From Octopus sinensis (taxonomy: Eukaryota): a stretch of DNA of 64,000 nt. Position 1 is the stretch's first letter, and each line of letters starts with the position of its first letter. The position numbers and the translations under genes were made by a program. Positions 1-14,520 of this stretch are shown here, in pieces. The stretch is taken from assembly GCF_006345805.1 (NCBI RefSeq), contig NC_042997.1, positions 46,810,001 through 46,874,000 of the forward strand, written 5' to 3'. The notes under the pieces were generated by a model. The model saw only the letters and a list, made by a program, of their open reading frames with translations, was not told the DNA's origin and made no database searches.

Positions 1-544
1 TGTTATCTCTACTCTCCTTTTCAAATAAATGAAAGTAGAGCGAATTCCTAGCTGTAGTGGACGAACGTTGTGCTGAGAGGGCCTTAGTCTTTGTAGGACG
101 TCGACTCTGTTGAACCGCCTTGCATTAGATATAATTCAGATGCCCTACATTACGTGTGTTCGTGGACCTCTCCAAACACCAGGTGGCTAACTGACGCAGC
201 GATATAAAACACTCTGTATAGCAGCTGTATTTAGAGTTTCAGGGATGGCAGTGGCGCACATTATAAGCCCTCCTTCCGTCAATCTACTTAAGTCGAATGG
301 TCTTTCCTAATTTCGCTCGCTTATTTTCTAGGAAGAGGCTAGATACCTCCCTTGTAGAGACTACTTCACTGTTGTAAATCATGCTATTGTTGCTCTTGTT
401 GTAGCTGTTAGTTATGTGTTGGTTTGTATTCTGCTCGTAATATTACTTTTGTTGTTGTTGCTGTTGTTGCTGTAAGTTGTTGTTAATTTCGTTGCTACTA
501 CCGTTATTACTTAGTATTATTAACGTGGTGGTTTTTTTCTGCTA

Positions 545-767
545 AGGCGGTGAGCTGGCAGAAACGTTAGCGTAGCCATATTTCGTCTGCCGTTACGTTC
601 TGAGTTCAAATTCCGCCGAGGTCGACTCTGCCTTTCATACTTTTGGGGTCGATGAAATAAGTGCCTGTTACGCACTGGGGTTAATATAATCGACTTAATC
701 CATTTGTCTGTCCTTCTTTGTCCCCTCTGCGTTCAGCCCCTTGTGGGTAGTGAAGAAATAGGTATTT
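545..767 (+). mobile_element. tRNA-headed SINE, family A
   Basis: Head AAGGCGGTGAGCTGGCAGAA, B-box-like GAGTTCAAATTCC, body GTCGACT(C/T)TGCCTTTCAT..GGGGTCGAT. The same sequence recurs more than 10 times in the window. Confidence 0.85.
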
Positions 768-1490
768 TTCTTGCTGCTAATCTTTATTGTTATAATTTTG
801 GCGGCGATGGCAATGAACTCTTCTGTCTCATTCCTAATTCTGGGAATTTATTTGTCTGACATGTCAGAGTCCCTGTTGCTACTATTGTTGTTGTTTTATT
901 TGTTTCTTTTGGTTTCAGTTTGATTGTTATTGCTTTAGTACTCTTCGTTTTGATTGTTGTTGTTTCTTTTGTTTTTGTTGTCGTTTTAGTCGGCACTAGT
1001 TGTGTTGGTGATGACGATTTGCTTTAACACATTGCAAAGCAGCTTCAACACAGCTCCTCCAATCTATTCTTTCGTTCCCATGCATTTTATTTTAAATTTT
1101 AAGATTTGAAATGAACTTCAGTATAACTTAGTAACAGTACAAAGAAGTTGAGCAGCTCCTCAGAATCTATGAATCTTTCCATAACGCAAAGAGGGAAACT
1201 TTTGAAATAGATCTTTCAAAAGTAGTTAAAATAAAGCAAACTTTACGAGCGACTTGAACGAAGTGTTGCTATGACTATAATAAAAATCATAATACTTTCA
1301 GCTATAAGCACAAGTCCTGAAATATTGAGGAGGCACAAAATCGACTTCATCGACCCTAGTCCTCAGCTAGTATATATTTCATTGACTCCTAGAGGAGGAA
1401 AGGCAAAGCCATTTCAACGGAATTTGAACTAAAAAAGTAAAGTTGCTAAGCATTTGTCAGCTGTGGCTAAAGATTCTGCCGGGTACTTGC

Positions 1491-1539
<49 letters not shown>

Positions 1540-1790
1540 CTGATGATGATGATAATGATGATTACGAAAAAATACATTCCCTTAAAATTTGAAATTAGAA
1601 GGATTTTGTGCATGATCGTATCTATAATAATTGGTTCATTGGGAACAGTAAGCAAAAATATAGAGAGATTGGAATAGATTGCCCAGTAGAGCTCCTAAAG
1701 AGAGTTTGTGTCTTAGGGACAGCAAGGATTATCAGGTGGGTTGTAAGCACTTGAAATTTAGTTGAAAACTTGCGGCTACCTAAGGTTACA

Positions 1791-2017
1791 GAAGAAGAAA
1801 ATGAAGAAGAAGAAAGAAGAAGAAGAAGAAGAAGAAGAAGAGAAGAAGAAGAAGAAGAAAAGAAGAAGAAGAAGAAGAAGAAGAAGAAGCAAAGAAGAAG
1901 AAGAAGAGAGAAGAAGAAGAGAAGAAGAAGAAGAAGAAGAAGAAGAAGGAGAAGAAGAAGAAGAAGAAGAAGAAGAAGAAGAAGAAGAAGAAGAAGAAGA
2001 AGAAGAAGAAGGAGAAG
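1791..2017 (+). repeat. (GAA)n polypurine microsatellite
   Basis: About 225 bp of GAA repeats with few interruptions; explains the poly-E/K/R ORFs at 1622-2080. Confidence 0.98.
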
Positions 2018-2369
2018 GGTATGTTCCCGATTAGTATATTGCTTGTTGGGCTTGGTTAAAAAGTAAAAGAAAGGAAACATCTTTCGGTTAATTTATTAGA
2101 GGTGAGCTTTTCTATCTGCCTGTTTGTCTCTCTGTTTAATTGTCTGTTTGTCTCTGTCTCTTTGTCTCTCACCCCATATCAACGGAGGCGGGTCTTGAAA
2201 GATTTACTGAGTCCTTGACTGAAGGGGACCAGCTTACTGCAGTTTTCTGAATCTTGTATACCATATTAAATCTCCGTCATCGCCACCATTGAGTGAAGTA
2301 AGTGAAGAAATGTTACGTACGCATGCCTTGAAGCTGTCTAACAAAGCTCCACGCGTAAATAACATAGGC

Positions 2370-2968
2370 TTCAAATTTTGGTACAAGGCTAGCAAGTTCG
2401 AGTGAGGGGCTTAGTAGATTACTTCGACCCCGGAGTTCAACTGGTTCTTATTTTATCGACCTCCAAAAGATGAAAGGAAGAAAGTCGACCTCGGCGGAAT
2501 TTGACGAGTAAGTAATACTAAAACAGCGTTGGCGAGCGAGCAGGCAGAATCGTTATCACGCCAGGCAAAGGGTTTAGCGACATTTCGTTCGTCCTTATGT
2601 TGTGAGGTTAAATTCTGCCGCGGTCGACTTTGCCTTTCACCCTAATCTGGTCGATAAAATTAGTACCAGTTGAACACTAGGGTCGATGTAATCGGCTTAA
2701 CCCTAATACCCGAAATTGCTGGCCTTTTACTAAAATTTGAAACTAATATTAAAACAGCCTAAGGTGACGAAATAGCAGAACTGTTAGCACGCCGATCAAA
2801 TTGCTTAGTTGTTACCTTGTGAGTTCAAATTTCGCCGAAGTCCACTTTGCCTTTCATCGTATCAGGGTCGATAAAATAAGTACCAGTTAAGAATTGGGAT
2901 CGGTGTAATGTACACCTCCTTCCCAAACTGCTGACCTTGTGCTAAAATTTGAAACCAATATTAAAATA
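2370..2968. mobile_element. Cluster of three diverged SINE-A copies: about 2370-2506 minus; 2531-2755 and 2760-2968 plus, tandem
   Basis: Each carries the GTCGACTTTGCCTTTCA / GGTCGATAAAATAAGTACCAGTT body or its reverse complement, with an AAAATTTGAAAC tail. Confidence 0.75.
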
Positions 2969-4106
2969 GCTAATGAGCGTAGAAAATGGTTTTGTCAGTC
3001 ACTCAAGAAAGCAGACTAACAACACATTTTGAAATTTGGCCATAATCTCGGCCTGAGACAGCTGAGTTCATCTTTATTGAATTCTGATTTGCTGCGGAGG
3101 CTAGGAAAAAAATTGTGTATGATGGCTAACTCGATTTAACCGACCTCAGTATGTCACTGGTAATTGTTTTATAAAATATCAGTTGCATTAAATACACAAT
3201 TTGATTTCTATCTTTGACATAAGATTAAATTTTGGGTAGAGGTTGTTGTTTGTTAAATTGATTTTTGTACCTGACTAATATCTATTGTATTCACCTTTGC
3301 TTATCGTACTTATTGTATCGATTCCTGAGGGTATTTATTGTATCGATTCTTGTAATAATTTTTATGCATTCCTTACAATAGGAGCACTGCGGAACATTAA
3401 GAACAATAAAAAGTTATAGTTTTTGTTGCTGTTGTTGTTGACGATGATGATGATGATGATGATGATTATGTTGATGATGATGGTGTGATGATGATGATGA
3501 TGATGATGATTTATAATCATCAAAGTTGTCATCTCCTAGCCAACTCATTCGCCATTTACCTCATCATTAACGTCATTATCATCATTGAAACAAAAGAATG
3601 ACTGAAATGATTTTAGATTAAGCGACGCAGAAATGAATTTTGACCGGCAACAATTACAACAACAGCAAGGAAAAACATTAGCGACATTACCAACAATATG
3701 AACGATACAGACATCATTCAGTAACGAAATATTGCTTCTCAACCAACATTACAAACCAATGCTGTCACTTATTTATACAACAGATTTAATTTATAACAGC
3801 GCTATGCGAATCACAAGGAGAAGGTAAAGCCGTTGTTGATGTTGAATCTGATAAAAGTGAGGATAGTGGAGTAGCTGGGAATTTGTAAATTATAAATAAC
3901 GATAATAATAAGAATAATTGTTTCTAGCGGAACCACAGGCCGGAAATATCAAGAGAGGGTTAGCCAATTAAATCAACTCTAGTACTTGACATTTTATCGA
4001 AACCCAAAATGATGAAACGGAAGGTTGACGTCCGCGGATCTTGGAATCAGAAGGCAAAGATCCAGAAGAAATATTACAAAGCATTCTAATGACCCCGCCC
4101 ATCCTC

Positions 4107-4210
<104 letters not shown>

Positions 4211-4258
4211 TATTATTATTATTATTATTATTATAATTATAATTATAATTATAATAAT

Positions 4259-4611
4259 ACCAGCAGATGACAACGTGTCTCTAAAAGAAATGGAGAAACT
4301 TTCAAAATACAAAGACCTGGAAATAGAGGTAACCAGAATGTGGAATCTAAAAACAGAAACAATTCCTATCATAGTAGGTGCATTAGGCATGATAAAAAAA
4401 TATTCAGACAAATGCATAACAAATACACCAGGACTTACAAACACATATAACATACAGAAAATTGTACTAGTGGGCACTGCACACATCCTACGGAAAACAC
4501 TTTCAATACAATAACCATCAGAGCATCACAACAAATCACAGCACATACCCAAGGCACACAGAGCTGCGCTCGGTAGTGAAGTGAAAGCACGCTATAAAAA
4601 TAAAACTCCTG
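4259..4611 (+). mobile_element. 3' end of RLE-type (R4/Dong-like) non-LTR retrotransposon, family 1, in (AAT)n
   Basis: Translates to IPADDNVSLKEMEKLSKYKDLEIEVTRMWNLKTETIPIIVGALG...GTAHILRKTLSIQ*, the C-terminal part of a restriction-like endonuclease domain. A 3' UTR runs into GAATAATAAT. Near-identical copies lie at 47255 and 47771. Confidence 0.85.
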
Positions 4612-4689
4612 AATAATAATAATGATGATAATAATAACGGTGATGACAATGGAAATAGAAAAGAGTGAGAAATACTAACCACAGCGGGA

Positions 4690-4975
4690 CGAGACAGGTA
4701 ATTTATGGGGCATGAAGAAAGTAATGGTGATACCGGTGGCAATTGGAGCATTAGGAGCAGTTTCCAAGAGGTTTGAAAAACGTATTAAGAATATTAGAGC
4801 TGCTGTCAGGCTCGAGGTGATCCAGAAGACAGCAGTGTTGGGTACAGCTCGCATTCTAAGGAGATTATCGTCTCTTTGAGTCTCAGGAGAAGGCACTACT
4901 TGAAACCTTTGGGGATTTGGTATTGCCTGCTTTCAAGTAAAGAACAGCCGCCAATAGAACAGCGAGAATCAAAAC
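4690..4975 (+). mobile_element. 3' end of RLE-type retrotransposon, family 2
   Basis: Translates to VIPVAIGALGAVSKRFEKRIKNIRAAVRLEVIQKTAVLGTARILRRLSSL*. The 3' UTR contains GCTTTCAAGTAAAGAACA, shared with the copy at 46828. Confidence 0.75.
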
Positions 4976-4988
4976 AACAACAACAACA

Positions 4989-5009
4989 CTACTACTGCTG
5001 CTGCTGCTG

Positions 5010-5073
<64 letters not shown>

Positions 5074-5128
5074 GACTACTGCTGCTGCTACTACTGCTAC
5101 TACTACTACTACTACTACTACTATTACA

Positions 5129-5163
<35 letters not shown>

Positions 5164-5166
5164 CAC

Positions 5167-5197
<31 letters not shown>
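4989..5197 (+). repeat. Compound (TGC/TAC)n-(AAT)n microsatellite
   Basis: Directly visible; explains the poly-Y/S/V ORFs. Confidence 0.97.
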
Positions 5198-5198
<1 letters not shown>

Positions 5199-5721
5199 GG
5201 GGGAACCAAGATCATAGATATTGTCATATCGCGTAGATGATAAAGAGCTGGAAAAGATGGCAAAATATGGACTAGTAAAAGACGAAATTGCAAGAATGTG
5301 GTAATCGGGGTGTGAGTCTATGTGTATATTTGAGTTTAGAGGAGATGGAGAGAGAGAGAGGAAGAGCTGTGTTGGGAGAGCCCCTAGCTGGTGTGTGTGA
5401 CCGTTATTATTATTCTTTCTACTGTTGAAAATGGTGGTGATGTATCTGCTCCTGGAATGCAGAATTCTGCGAAATGCCGAGAACAACCGAAGCATACGCG
5501 ATGCAATGACTAGCTGCAGAAATTCGTGCTTCTGTAAGTTCTGGCTCTCGAGTCATTGCCCCGCTAGCTGGATGTTTCGAAGAGCACCCCTCGTGAACTG
5601 GAATACGGAAGATTCATATCAGCTCATCCGCACGACGTCATCATCTCGGAAATTGTAGTGATGGGCACTACCCTAAGGGAGTACAACGCGGTGACAGGAG
5701 ATTAACCAGTCTAAAGAGAGA

Positions 5722-5754
<33 letters not shown>

Positions 5755-6039
5755 GCTAGTCAACGCCCCTGTAACACCATGCAAGTTCTCAAGTCCTCTA
5801 AACCAGCACTATTTCCAAAATTGATAATATCCCTCTGATTCGAGGATTTCAATCTTTCCAATCGCGTATTGAAGTAGACATTTATGCTAATGGTGGAGTC
5901 ATTGAATAGGTGTGATGAAAAAATTCTCAAGATTATTTGTGGCAATGTCTTCCAAATACAGCTTTTCTTCCATGAGCTCTGTTTTTTTATCTAAATTCAA
6001 ACAAATGATCTCAAAATGCTTACGCACCCTCCCTCTCTT

Positions 6040-6168
<129 letters not shown>

Positions 6169-7084
6169 GTTATATCTAGATTAACGACGAAACGTTCGAT
6201 GGTCTGCTGCACAGCACCTGCAGAGGTAAGTCGATGTCACCTGGCAGCATCTTAAGGCATTAGACGGAAGGACCGATTAAGTTCCTCGGGGTTTGGCTTG
6301 ACGGGAGATAACGAGTAGGGTACCTAGTCTCACCCAGAAATCGAGCAAGAAGAAGCAAATGCGTACATCGCATCCGTTATTTAATACCACCTTACTGTCG
6401 TCTCTTACTCTGCTTCAATTGTAATCAAGCTGGAACGTTTACACTTCCTATGCCTCTGGAAGGGATAAGTTGTACTTGCCAGGCAGTCCATTTGCTGATA
6501 GGAGCCAAAGAATGGTGGACTGGGTATGTCTTGGCTAATGAGGCGCAGACATACACTGAGTCTGCGACATCTCCAGCGTTTCCCCGAGAATGAGCAATCT
6601 GCTTGTGTCTAGTAGCTGTGTCTGGTAGCTGTGGCAGCCTTGTTTTGGCCGGGGTGTGCACGCAATTTGTCTGTGTCTGGTAGCTGTAACAAAAGAGGTA
6701 GTGTGGTGGATGAGGTTGAAAGCACTAAAGACAGAAACTTTGCTCTTCTACTTGAATAGAAAATATGGGTGGAAAGCCAGTATTTTTATTGAAAGTTGGA
6801 TGAATGTGGCGAGGTTGTCCACTATAATTGGGCTTGTTGGCCGGAGGGAATTGAGAAGAGACGTGTGCACGCCCGAGTCCCCATTGGTGCTCGGTGTGTC
6901 CAGGATGAGTGGGTTCTTTGGGTACCCCTGAGTGTAGCTTGCTCGCCTTTATGGAAATTTATTGTTTGAATTTTTTTACAGCTAATTGTTACTTTTTTCA
7001 ACTGTTTACAAGTATTAGATGTAAATCCCCATTGTCCTTTGTATTGCAAGACGTGTGATCAATAAAGAAAGAATTAATATTATT

Positions 7085-8353
7085 ATGATTATTATATACT
7101 TTTAATCTGCATGTTTGTTACAATCACTCGCCGAGACACACCCAGGGTCCTGGGGCGAGTGAAGGATAAGAGCTGTTACAATATGCCTGAAAGCTTGGGG
7201 AAGGGATGTGGCAGGGGCAGTAGCGAAATATCTTCATGTGAAACAACACAGACATTTAAATGGATAATAGTTTTCTTAGGATGTGGGCAGTACTTGTCAG
7301 CGCAATCTCTTGGATTTCTCTGTGACATCATTCTCCTGGGATCTTATCTGGATGTTGCTGACATCCCTTTTTTATTGTATCCAAGGCACCTCCAGTAAAA
7401 GGAGCAGTTCTGGCTTTAAGATGCCACATCTATTCTATTTCAATTTCCAAAACCTTATATTTACTTAATTTGTCAAATTCCTTTACAGATATAATTTTAT
7501 CAGTAGGAACATTTACATCTATTAGTCTACAATTATATTCTTCCCTGTCTTTAATGACTATGTCTGGTCGATTAGCCTGCATCGTTCTGTCTGTGTTGAC
7601 TGGAAATTCCCTGAGGTTATTGACATTTTTACCTTCAACGACTAGCTCAGGATGATGTTCATACAGGAGTGCTGATTTTGTAGTGTTTACATATTTTCCA
7701 GTGTAAATACTGTCCTACCCTATCGTGGTGGTTTTTGTTATCGTTTGTCATCGAGACGAGATGGTTGATTGTTTCGCCAAATATGTCGCAGGATCTGCAT
7801 TTAGTGTGAAAACCGTCTTGAAGAAAGTTAGCCTGGTACTTTTTGTAAACAATCTTTGATCTTGGGCCGCAAACATGAAACCTTCAGTCTCTGCTTTCAG
7901 TCCTGAACTTCTCAGCCACTGATGGGTTGTTGTTTGGTTTACATCAGTATTTCGACTTCGACGTATATACTGTCCATGCTGAGGCTTCTGGCTCCACCTC
8001 CCCTCAACTTGTTTCTGCCCATTCATATTTACAGTCTGCTTGATCCGTTTTGCTTGTTTTGTGGCAGTGGTTACAGGTTCTTCAGGGTTAATGTTAAGTT
8101 CCCTTGCGAATTTGCAATCTTCCTTGACAATAGAATGTGACTTTTTGCTGCTTTCGTGTTTGCACACATTCCGCAGCGTCCAGTCCTCTGTACTCGACAA
8201 GTGCCTGTTCATTGCTATTGAGGAGGTCTTATAGCACAGTCCTCGTTGCACCGTTCCTCTTCCCCCATTACTTCTAGGTAGGTACAGACGATCAACGTCT
8301 GCTTTTGAGTGCTGCATGTTCTTAGATGTTAGTAGCTTTTTTCTTCCTGTCCA
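7085..8353 (-). mobile_element. 5'-truncated RLE-type (R4/Dong-like) retrotransposon, about 1.27 kb, degenerate
   Basis: Minus-strand translation gives KADVDRLYLPRSNGGRG (RT thumb region), WLRSSGLKAETEGFMFAAQDQ, HDRVGQYLHWKICKHY, ANRPDIVIKD...LIDV (PD..D endonuclease motif) and ALTSTAHILRKLLSI*, followed by a 3' UTR. Both ends abut AAT repeats. Confidence 0.88.
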
Positions 8354-8357
8354 GTTA

Positions 8358-8434
<77 letters not shown>

Positions 8435-8501
8435 AATAATAATAATATTAATAATAATAATAACAATAACTATTATTATTATAATAATTATTATTATTAT
8501 T

Positions 8502-9370
<869 letters not shown>

Positions 9371-9479
9371 TATTTTTCATCATCATCATCATCATCCTCA
9401 TCGTCGTTGTCGTCGTCGTCGTCATCATCATCATCATTGCCAAGTTACAATTTGGCATTATTAACTTACCAAATAACAC

Positions 9480-9800
9480 TTCTCTTACCAACCTCTTAAG
9501 GAATTCTTTCTCTGACATTTTCTAGTATTGTTTTCCATAGTTCTGCAAACTCATTAAGAATCATTAATCTCTTTCTCCTTCATTTCTTTTCATTATAAAC
9601 AGTTTACGTCCGCCTGAAAGCGCCGATGTCCTTCAGTTCATCTTTTTTTCGATTCAATGATTCCAGCTTCTTACTTTTATTATACTGCCCTCAAATTGAC
9701 TGATTGTATATTTAATTTCGATTTTAAAATTCTGTTATTTTTGAGGAAATATTCTGGTTTGGTGACTGTGTTCATTTCCATAACTTTTAATTTGATCTTC
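9480..9800 (-). mobile_element. Degenerate RT fragment of an RLE-type retrotransposon
   Basis: Minus-strand translation ILKSKLNIQSVNLRAV..EAGIIESKKDELKDI resembles the same RT region as 7085-8353; many stops. Confidence 0.55.
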
Positions 9801-10675
9801 TACCTATATAGGTGTGTCGTTAAGAAGCTTGCTTCATGATTATGTGCTTTCGGGTTCGGTCCAGCTTCGGGCCGATTTAAGTATTGCGAGTGAACTTGAT
9901 AGAAAGAGAGACTACAAAAATCTGTTTACTCACTCTCTCTCTCTCTCTCTTTTTCTCTCTCCCTCTCTTTCTCTCACGCTCTCTCCCTCTCGTTCTCTCA
10001 CACATACACACACATACACGTCACACACACCACACACCACACACACGCACGCATGCACTCACATATACGCGCGTGTGTGAGTGTGGTGGGGTTGAGTATT
10101 TTGCTTTGTGTTTTTACTCAATGTTTGACAATGTTGGTTTATGTTCCTGCAACTTAGCGGTTCGGCAAATAATTTGCGGGCAGAATAAGTATAAGACTAA
10201 AATAAAAAACAAAAACAAACTAAAATGCTTGGTTCGATCTGAACTGCTTAACCCTTCAAGTCATTATCTCAGGGTAGCTACAGCCCATCGACTGAAATAA
10301 TTTAAAAGGAGAAAAAAATATTTATATAAATAATGAAAGAAAACTATATTGAGATATGTATACACTTCTTCTGCATCTATAGATTTGACATTCCCACCAT
10401 TACGGAGAATATTTCATCACATATCTATATGATTGTTGTGACCCGCACTATCTTCATCATAACACATTTTTTTTAATATCGAATATCATACCATTCCCAT
10501 GTGGTTGAGGTTAGCATTAGGAAAAGAACAGAAGGACAGAGGGGGTTGAGGTGTATCAAATTAGAAAAAAAAAACAATCTAGGTTACTACTTGAAAGAGA
10601 GAGAATTCCCTTTTAGGAAGTTGGTTAGAGAAGGTGATGTACAGAGGTAGTAGACAAGAAAGGGAGGCAAAAATA

Positions 10676-10723
<48 letters not shown>

Positions 10724-11154
10724 CATAAAATATAGAAAAAACTTCAGCTTTTTAGGAAAAGAGCCCTATTCAAAAGAGATAGCAATAGATAAGGGATGAC
10801 AAGGACAGCTGGTTTTGTTGAAGGAATATTGAAAATGAGTGAGGGATTAAGTTTATCTTTGCCAAAACGGGCTCTAAGGAAAAGTCAGATTTAATGAAGA
10901 ATGGGATGAGCAAGGAAAAAGATGTGAGTGCAGATTATATTGTATTACATTGTCCACAGCTAGCTGAAAATATACAGAAAAACGTAAAGATGATAAAATT
11001 AATGCGATAATTCATTGGATTTTTTGCATTATGCACAAATAAAAGTGCTTTATTCTTTTCTTGGAAGCATGACTATATGCCTCATTTAGTATCACGTGTA
11101 TAGCTAAAGGGGAATAACTAGGGAGTTGTCTTGTAGCATTTGGGATCATTAAGA

Positions 11155-11490
11155 CCTAGGGTAAAGTCCCCCGTCTGTCATGAATGACCATGAAGTTGCG
11201 CCTAGAAAGTTGTCCTCCCAGGCACAAGTCCGGGCAAGGTTGTTTATGGAAAACTAGAAATCGTCCATGCATACCAGTCTCCCTCTCCACGCCATTGATC
11301 TTATCCAAGGCAAAAGCAAAGGCCGATGCAGCTTGGCACCAGTAACATCGCAAACCGTTTCTACAGCTGAGTGAAGTGGAGCAACGTGAAATATAGCGCC
11401 TTGCCCAAGAACTAAATACACAGGCCGGTCTAGGAATCGAACTCATTACATCATGATTGTGAACCTGTCGCTCTAACCTCTGAGCCATAA
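11155..11490 (-). mobile_element. SINE family C copy
   Basis: Reverse complement of the 8502-8838 element (CAAGTCCGGGCAAGGTTGTTTATGGA, CAGCTTGGCACCAGT, CTACAGCTGAGTGAA). Confidence 0.85.
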
Positions 11491-13099
11491 TAATCTCCCA
11501 CCAAAGCACAATTTGTTGTTGTTTGTTATTTTCATGCTCACATGCACGTAGAGTGATAATTCTACGGTAGAAATACCTGCCAGTATCACTAGCCATGATT
11601 GTAATCTTTCTGAGATCCATCTATTATTGTGTTAATCTATAGGCAATAGGTTAGTGCACAAGGTCAAATTGTTTTCTCACCTTCTTTCCGTATTAGACGT
11701 ATAACACATGTTATATATATATATATATATATCCTACGCTGGTCGACGAAGCATTCGACCAGCAACAAAACAGAATGCCTCCTCTGGATACTCCACCACA
11801 AACGTGTGGCGTCCTCTTTAATAGTTTCACGAACAAACGTATGCCACCTTTCCATGGTTTTTCCTATGTAAATACTCCTTGCAAGGAAGCACTGTCTTTT
11901 TAAACATATCCCACTCATTCTTTCGCCATTTCGTTGAGCAGTCTGAAGTCAAATTGTTCATCTTGACCCAGAACATTAGCAAATTAGTGGATGTTAAAGT
12001 TCTTGTTGCTATTGAATAATAATGCTTTCCCCACTGCATAATTATTGCTAGTTAGCTTCTATCGTTAAATGCCGTAACATTACCTTAACGCTTTAAATAT
12101 CTAAGATATGCTATTATTAATACAATTATCTCTACAAGTAAATGCAGTAATATTTGCATGTACAATATGTTTCAATCACATCCAGTAGTACATAATACCA
12201 TAATGCAATCATATAGCGAGCCAAAATGAATGAAATCACCCCCTAGCCATTAAGCCACTGATGTTTAAACGTTAAAATGCTCCTTACATCGTTTGTTTAC
12301 TTTCTTTTCAGCAAACACAGTCTTATTGAATTGTTCTCGGCAGTGACCTTACTGCAAGCTAAGTATGTAATGTTTCTGAATATTTTTAAATTGATAAGAT
12401 AAAAAAAAAAAGAAGTACCTGCATCATAGGTCAGAGAGAAGAAAATTATTACACATAGTTTAGAAATTAAAGTTCTGATTTGGAATTTAGCTCGTTATTA
12501 TATTGATGTCAAAGAATAGGACGCTTTTATGAGAATCGGAGATCAAACAGATCGAAACATAATGTAAGTGTTAATATTGAAGCGGTTAACTTCTCTAAAG
12601 ATCTAAAGATAATACTTATAGTCGTGTGAATTTTACAGTTGTTTGGATTTGTATGTAGATAGCGATGGCATATCTAAATAATATATATATGTATATGTGT
12701 GTGTATACACATACTTACATACATGGATTTATATATACATAAATGCATACATACATACTTACAGGCATACATACAAACAGACATATATACATATATATAG
12801 AAAATTTGAATTGAGAGAATCCAGTGAAATTCATAGCAAAGCAAGCGCCTTATTTGGAACTGGCTTTCTGTTTACGGAGTAATCAATCTCTATATTATAT
12901 TGTAATGTATTGTATCAGCGTCACTGAAAACCCAAAAACCCAAACACTAAATTTTTCCGCAAGTAGTCAATAAATCATAAAGTTAGGATGATATGTAAGA
13001 TGTGATTATAAATATATTTATTCCATTTGATGTCCACCTTATTACGGCAGTGTTGAAACTCTCATCATTAGGGTTATTAATTTCAGTGTGCAAAGTTAT

Positions 13100-13530
13100 A
13101 CGTAAATGTTTACCGCAAAGCTGCACGGGCAAGGTACTTTGCGATATTTTGTCTGTCTTTACGTTCTATGTTCAAATCCCACCGATATCGACTTTGCCTT
13201 TCAAGTTTTCGAGCCGATAAAATAAGTAGCGTTTTTAGCACTGAGGTCGTTGTAATCTTCATATCTCCACCCAAGAAATTGCTTGCCTTTTGCCAAAATT
13301 TGAAACCAGTATGTATGCCAACATATACAATTCAACTGAGTATGCATGAAGCTAACTCTTCGGATCTCGTGATCATCATAGGTACAGCTAGGATTCAACA
13401 GAGCAAGTGGCAGAGTCGTTAGAGTGTCGAACACTTTAATTTGCACAAATAGTTTCGAATCTCTCTCACTCTCTGTTATCAGTTCCGTTCTCGCGTTAAC
13501 TTTGCCTTTCATCCTTTCGAGGTTTATGAA
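13100..13530 (+). mobile_element. Two diverged SINE-A copies
   Basis: GTTCAAATCCCACCGATATCGACTTTGCCTTTCA and CTTTGCCTTTCATCCTTTCGAGG bodies. Confidence 0.65.
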
Positions 13531-13599
13531 TTAGTACAAGACATGCAGTTTTTCTGTCTCTTATTTTTTTTATATGTGTCTGTTTGTTTCACTTTCTGT

Positions 13600-14520
13600 G
13601 GTTTTAAATCTAGAGTAGAATGGGCTCTGCAGGTTTACAATAATGCCCATGACTCGCCGTACTTCTGTTCCGCGCTTATAGGAATACATCGGAGAGTTGA
13701 CGGAAAAAGAGTAGAGCCTCCTTGTCAGTAGCAATGGATATTTTATGTTCAGGCATTTGAGTGACCATTGTCCAACAGGGAATATAATCCTTCGTCCTGT
13801 GTGTTATCGTTGGCCACTTGTCAACTTCATATAACATTAAAATCTGGGGTAAAGATGACAGCCCCTCTTTGAAACAGTGTAGAGTTTGCACATTGAACTA
13901 CATTTTTACACGTTGCCCTAAGACACTAGGAGAAAGCGAGTACAAGTGGAAGCACGAAAAGACCCTTACGGAAATTGTTCAAGTTACGAACCGATAAGAG
14001 AATTAAGGCTACCAAGTAATAGACTCCACCAACCAATGTTATCAAATTCCTAAGAAGACATTTAAAAGAAAATGATAGGTACTTTAATGTAAATCCAGCA
14101 GAAGGATTCAGTTCTTATTTATCATTAATCCTCAGACAGAGAGACGCAAGTGGATCGGATGAGCAGGCGCATTTTCCCGAAAAATGGTGGTAACATCGAT
14201 CCGATCAGATATCATCGTGGTCGAAAACTCAGTGCCAAGGCGGATAAGTTTGATATTTATCACCAACTGCAGAAATCCACCATGAAGATAACTGTGGCAT
14301 CTGCCAACATTTTAAGGGGATTGTAACTGACAAATGACCACGGATAAAGACATTCTGCGGTCGAAAGTTAATTCAGTCCTCACTGCCCCTCCAAGGCGAA
14401 GCGTACAGTTTAAGTAATGAAATGCTTATGATTCTTAGACATCGCTTGAGGACACAAAAATGTTTCCATCATTGTGATAGCCTTTTCGCTATTAGGAGAA
14501 AAGCTTGCAACATCTGCAAG
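13600..14520 (+). mobile_element. HERO-like RLE non-LTR retrotransposon, C-terminal remnant
   Basis: Translates to NIKIWGKDDSPSLKQCRVCTLNYIFTRCPKTLGESEYKWKHEKTL (decayed CCHC region, W-R/K-H motif) and VVTSIRSDIIV (RPD motif). Frameshifted. Confidence 0.65.

Noticed and set aside
186-222. Hammerhead-like GCTAA-CTGACGC..AAAC ACTCT GTA-TAGC
   Set aside because: A9 and G12 are altered and stem II is absent; too degenerate to call.
3545-3742. Possible exon around the Q-rich stretch
   Set aside because: Every plus-strand frame stops before a plausible donor site, and the composition is explained by CAA/GAT repeats.
11664-12039. GIY-YIG endonuclease suggested by SIYIGKT
   Set aside because: Single short motif with no supporting GIY or R..EH residues in frame.
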